In this document: positions 61,793 through 64,000 of the stretch, piece after piece | Layout of the letters: each line of letters begins with the position of its first letter | Position numbering within the stretch: position 1 is the stretch's first letter | Source: Octopus sinensis | Taxonomy: Eukaryota | Assembly (NCBI RefSeq): GCF_006345805.1 | Contig: NC_042999.1 | Coordinates: 150,784,001 to 150,848,000 of the forward strand | DNA length: 64,000 nucleotides | Reading direction: 5' to 3' | Notes under the pieces: generated by a model | What the model was told of the DNA's origin: nothing | The model's input: only the letters and a program-made list of their open reading frames with translations | Databases searched by the model: none | Program-made: the position numbers and the translations under genes

Positions 61793-63720
61793 TAAACCGG
61801 GAGTGGAAGAGGCTGTGCCTCCGGAAAAAGGTGATAGGGTCTTAGTAAGTAGCTATTATTATGGGAGGCGATTATCTGGGCGAGGTTTTTAGTGTTGGAG
61901 AAAGCTATCCTAACTTTATGTGAGTTAACCGTGGAGTAATATTTGGAATTTCTGGGGAAGTTATTGGCGATGGCTTGTCTAAACAAGAGGGGGAGGTTAG
62001 TTCTAATCTGCTTACCAAAGGGGATTACAAACCATATATGCTTATTCCTATCAGTGTGATGGGTCGGGACGCTAGCTCTCGCACTCTGGTGGGTGATTCT
62101 CGGATAAATAACGGGTCTTGGGTTAGTGTAAGACCTCCCGGACCGATAATTATCCTTGTTCGCTAAATTAAATGCGGGAGCGACTACCCCGGCATCCGCC
62201 GCGCTCCCGTCCTTACTTAAAATGTTAATGTTATTATATACGGCCCTATCCTGATGACCGAATGATGGCATCGGAAGGGCCGGATCAATATAAATTACCT
62301 TCTGCCTATAACCGGCCTTGGACAGTGCGGCGTTATAAAATTCCGCTTTCTGCATAAAAATATCGGCACTGGCGGACAAGCCAGACAATCTTAGAGAGAT
62401 GTTTTTAACCAAATTGTCTGTTACGGTTTTGGCATGATTTGAGAAGACACTGACATACTTCAAATTAGTGGAAGGCTTATGGTAAGGGCAGTATGAGTCG
62501 CTATTAAGGTTAAGTGTAACGTCTAGGAAATTAGCCTTGGTGAGTTCATTATCAAAAACTATACTCATGCCCATTCTATTAAAAAACCTAGCTAACCTGC
62601 TCTTAGTTTTCTGCACTATTCTGTTCGTGGTGTTTTGCAGGTAAAACAGACAATCGTCACGATACAGGCCGCCCGCGATCTCCGGGAATTGGTCGGACAA
62701 TTCGTAGAGAATATATATACCGACTAAATCGGCTATCTGCGCACTATCCGAACTACCCATAGGCACATCAAATTCATTGGGAGTATTTTTACGGATCCAC
62801 AACTTATTATCAAACTTAATAAACGATTTCCTGGCAACTAAAATGATATCTATCTCTTCTCTGGTGAGGCCAGCCTTGTTGTGAGCATGCCAGAGGGCCT
62901 TATTTAGCACACTAGGGTTAATCGAGGGGTAGAAGCTGGCGATATCAAACTGAATGAACCTAGTACGGTTCTTATTGGGGATGGAAGAGAACCACTTCAC
63001 TACCTGGGAGGAGTTGGCCCAGAGGCTGAGCTTCAGCTTGTTTACTAAACTAGGGATATATTTATCTAAAATGTACTTACTGATTATCCCGATATCAGAT
63101 CTAGCAGGGCATATGAGTCTTAGCGCTGGGTTGGTGTGGAAGTTAGGCTTATGGTCCTTCACTATAAATCTGGGTTGCTTGGGGCTAAGCGGCTGAGTTC
63201 TCATTTGAATTCGGTGTTTAAATATTATTTCCTTAATTTCCAAGTTTACCTTCCTCAGGGTACTCCAATTGGTTTTTCTATAATTTTTCTTGATCTCTTT
63301 ACCGAGTAAATCTAGGTACTCCTTAATGGGCATCTTGTATGTGTTCCTGGTCTTGTCGGACTGGACCAGGACTCCGTCCGATCTATTAATGTCCTTGGTA
63401 ATTTTATCTAGGTATCTGAGGTGGGCATTTCTCCTGGGTGACTTCCTGAACTTAATCTTTCTAACTATGTCCCACAAGTCGTCCTCAAACTTCTTCAGTC
63501 TTGGGTTCGGTGGCGGCGTATCCAATGTTTTAAAAAGCCGGCCGTATTCGGACGATGCCGTTGTCCGGTTCGATTTTAGATCTTCGTTCTCGTGGAAGAA
63601 AATGAGCCATCTTATCCGGTTTATGAATGCGTTGGTTTTACAAACCAACTCCTTAAGGAAGGCATCCTTTGGTGGTATAGGAATATCCTTAAGGGACGCA
63701 TCAATCTCGAACAACTCCAT
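61792..63720 (-). CDS. PLE reverse transcriptase ORF (642 aa), no internal stops
   Basis: Motif A FIQFDIASFYPSI, motif B PMGSSDSAQIADLVGIYIL, motif C GLYRDD, FLDVTL, YCPYHKP; N-terminus SLKDIPIPP..FINRIRWLIFF resembles Naiad-type PLEs. Confidence 0.92.
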   Translation of the reverse strand: MELFEIDASLKDIPIPPKDAFLKELVCKTNAFINRIRWLIFFHENEDLKSNRTTASSEYGRLFKTLDTPPPNPRLKKFEDDLWDIVRKIKFRKSPRRNAHLRYLDKITKDINRSDGVLVQSDKTRNTYKMPIKEYLDLLGKEIKKNYRKTNWSTLRKVNLEIKEIIFKHRIQMRTQPLSPKQPRFIVKDHKPNFHTNPALRLICPARSDIGIISKYILDKYIPSLVNKLKLSLWANSSQVVKWFSSIPNKNRTRFIQFDIASFYPSINPSVLNKALWHAHNKAGLTREEIDIILVARKSFIKFDNKLWIRKNTPNEFDVPMGSSDSAQIADLVGIYILYELSDQFPEIAGGLYRDDCLFYLQNTTNRIVQKTKSRLARFFNRMGMSIVFDNELTKANFLDVTLNLNSDSYCPYHKPSTNLKYVSVFSNHAKTVTDNLVKNISLRLSGLSASADIFMQKAEFYNAALSKAGYRQKVIYIDPALPMPSFGHQDRAVYNNINILSKDGSAADAGVVAPAFNLANKDNYRSGRSYTNPRPVIYPRITHQSARASVPTHHTDRNKHIWFVIPFGKQIRTNLPLLFRQAIANNFPRNSKYYSTVNSHKVRIAFSNTKNLAQIIASHNNSYLLRPYHLFPEAQPLPLPV

Positions 63721-63768
63721 TATTGGTATCGGTTAAAGTAGCAGTTTCTTGACGAAGCGGTATGTATT

Positions 63769-63980
63769 ATGTGAAATAGAAAGATGAATAATCTTGTTGT
63801 AGATTAATCAAAAGTTAACCGATACCTTAGTAGCAAAAATCACAGCAGTAAACAGCACGGTTGGAGGTACAACCATCTGGCGTTGCAACCGTGCGTTGGT
63901 GCGGATAATTGAAATTAAAACATTATTGGTGAATTGAAGAAATGGAGCTGAACGCAGATTGAACAGAAATCGTTTTATTT
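63769..63980 (-). repeat. 5' pseudo-LTR direct-repeat segment
   Basis: Identical to 60141-60352; lies 48 nt upstream of the RT ATG. Confidence 0.95.
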
Positions 63981-64000
63981 TGGTAATTTGTGCCTTTCGA
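63978..64000 (+). repeat. Start of an inverted pseudo-LTR segment
   Basis: TTTTGGTAATTTGTGCCTTTCGA is the reverse complement of 60368-60390; TTT microhomology at the junction. Confidence 0.9.

Larger units (their letters stand above)
60141..64000 (-). mobile_element. Penelope-like retroelement (GIY-YIG PLE, Naiad-like), young; extends past the window end
   Basis: PLE-type RT plus GIY-YIG; identical 212-bp direct repeats 60141-60352 and 63769-63980; inverted segment from 63978; hammerhead in the 3' UTR; 3' end next to (TA)n. Confidence 0.92.

Noticed and set aside
61790-61794. Selenocysteine read-through as the explanation for the ORF break
   Set aside because: The stop is TAA, not TGA, and the endonuclease is in a different frame.
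62243-62285. CTGATGA-CCGA...TCGG (hammerhead-like) inside the RT gene
   Set aside because: No GAAA core after the stem and antisense to the element; likely chance.
61401-63736. Plus-strand ORFs (61401-61775, 61975-62166, 62954-63196, 63290-63736)
   Set aside because: Antisense shadows of the PLE coding region with no independent motifs.

Overview
AT-rich, microsatellite-dense metazoan DNA. The recurring SINE and LINE-tail families look like those of octopus (coleoid cephalopod); this is pattern recognition, not a database match. Most of the window is decayed interspersed repeats: several tRNA-derived SINE families, many 5'-truncated RTE-LINE 3' ends with (GAT)n tails, piggyBac-, hAT- and Tc1-like MITEs, Helitron and Helentron-like elements, and RTE-BovB and CRE fragments. 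No host gene can be confidently identified; there are only weak candidate exons near 8.1 kb and 39.1 kb. Nearly all ORFs in the supplied track are microsatellite or repeat artefacts. The standout is a young Penelope-like retroelement (PLE, Naiad-like) on the minus strand from 60141 past the window end. It has two identical 212-bp pseudo-LTR copies, an inverted 5' segment, and a type I hammerhead ribozyme in its 3' UTR. Its RT (642 aa) and GIY-YIG endonuclease (252 aa) are in separate ORFs joined by an overlapping TAATG stop-start. A perfect 179-bp inverted duplication of host DNA abuts its 3' end. At 23.5-25.7 kb there is a small non-autonomous element with a tRNA-like Pol III head, a hammerhead-type core and PLE-style inverted ends, suggesting a PLE-mobilised ribozyme SINE (retrozyme). 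One copy appears to have carried off the flank of the other.
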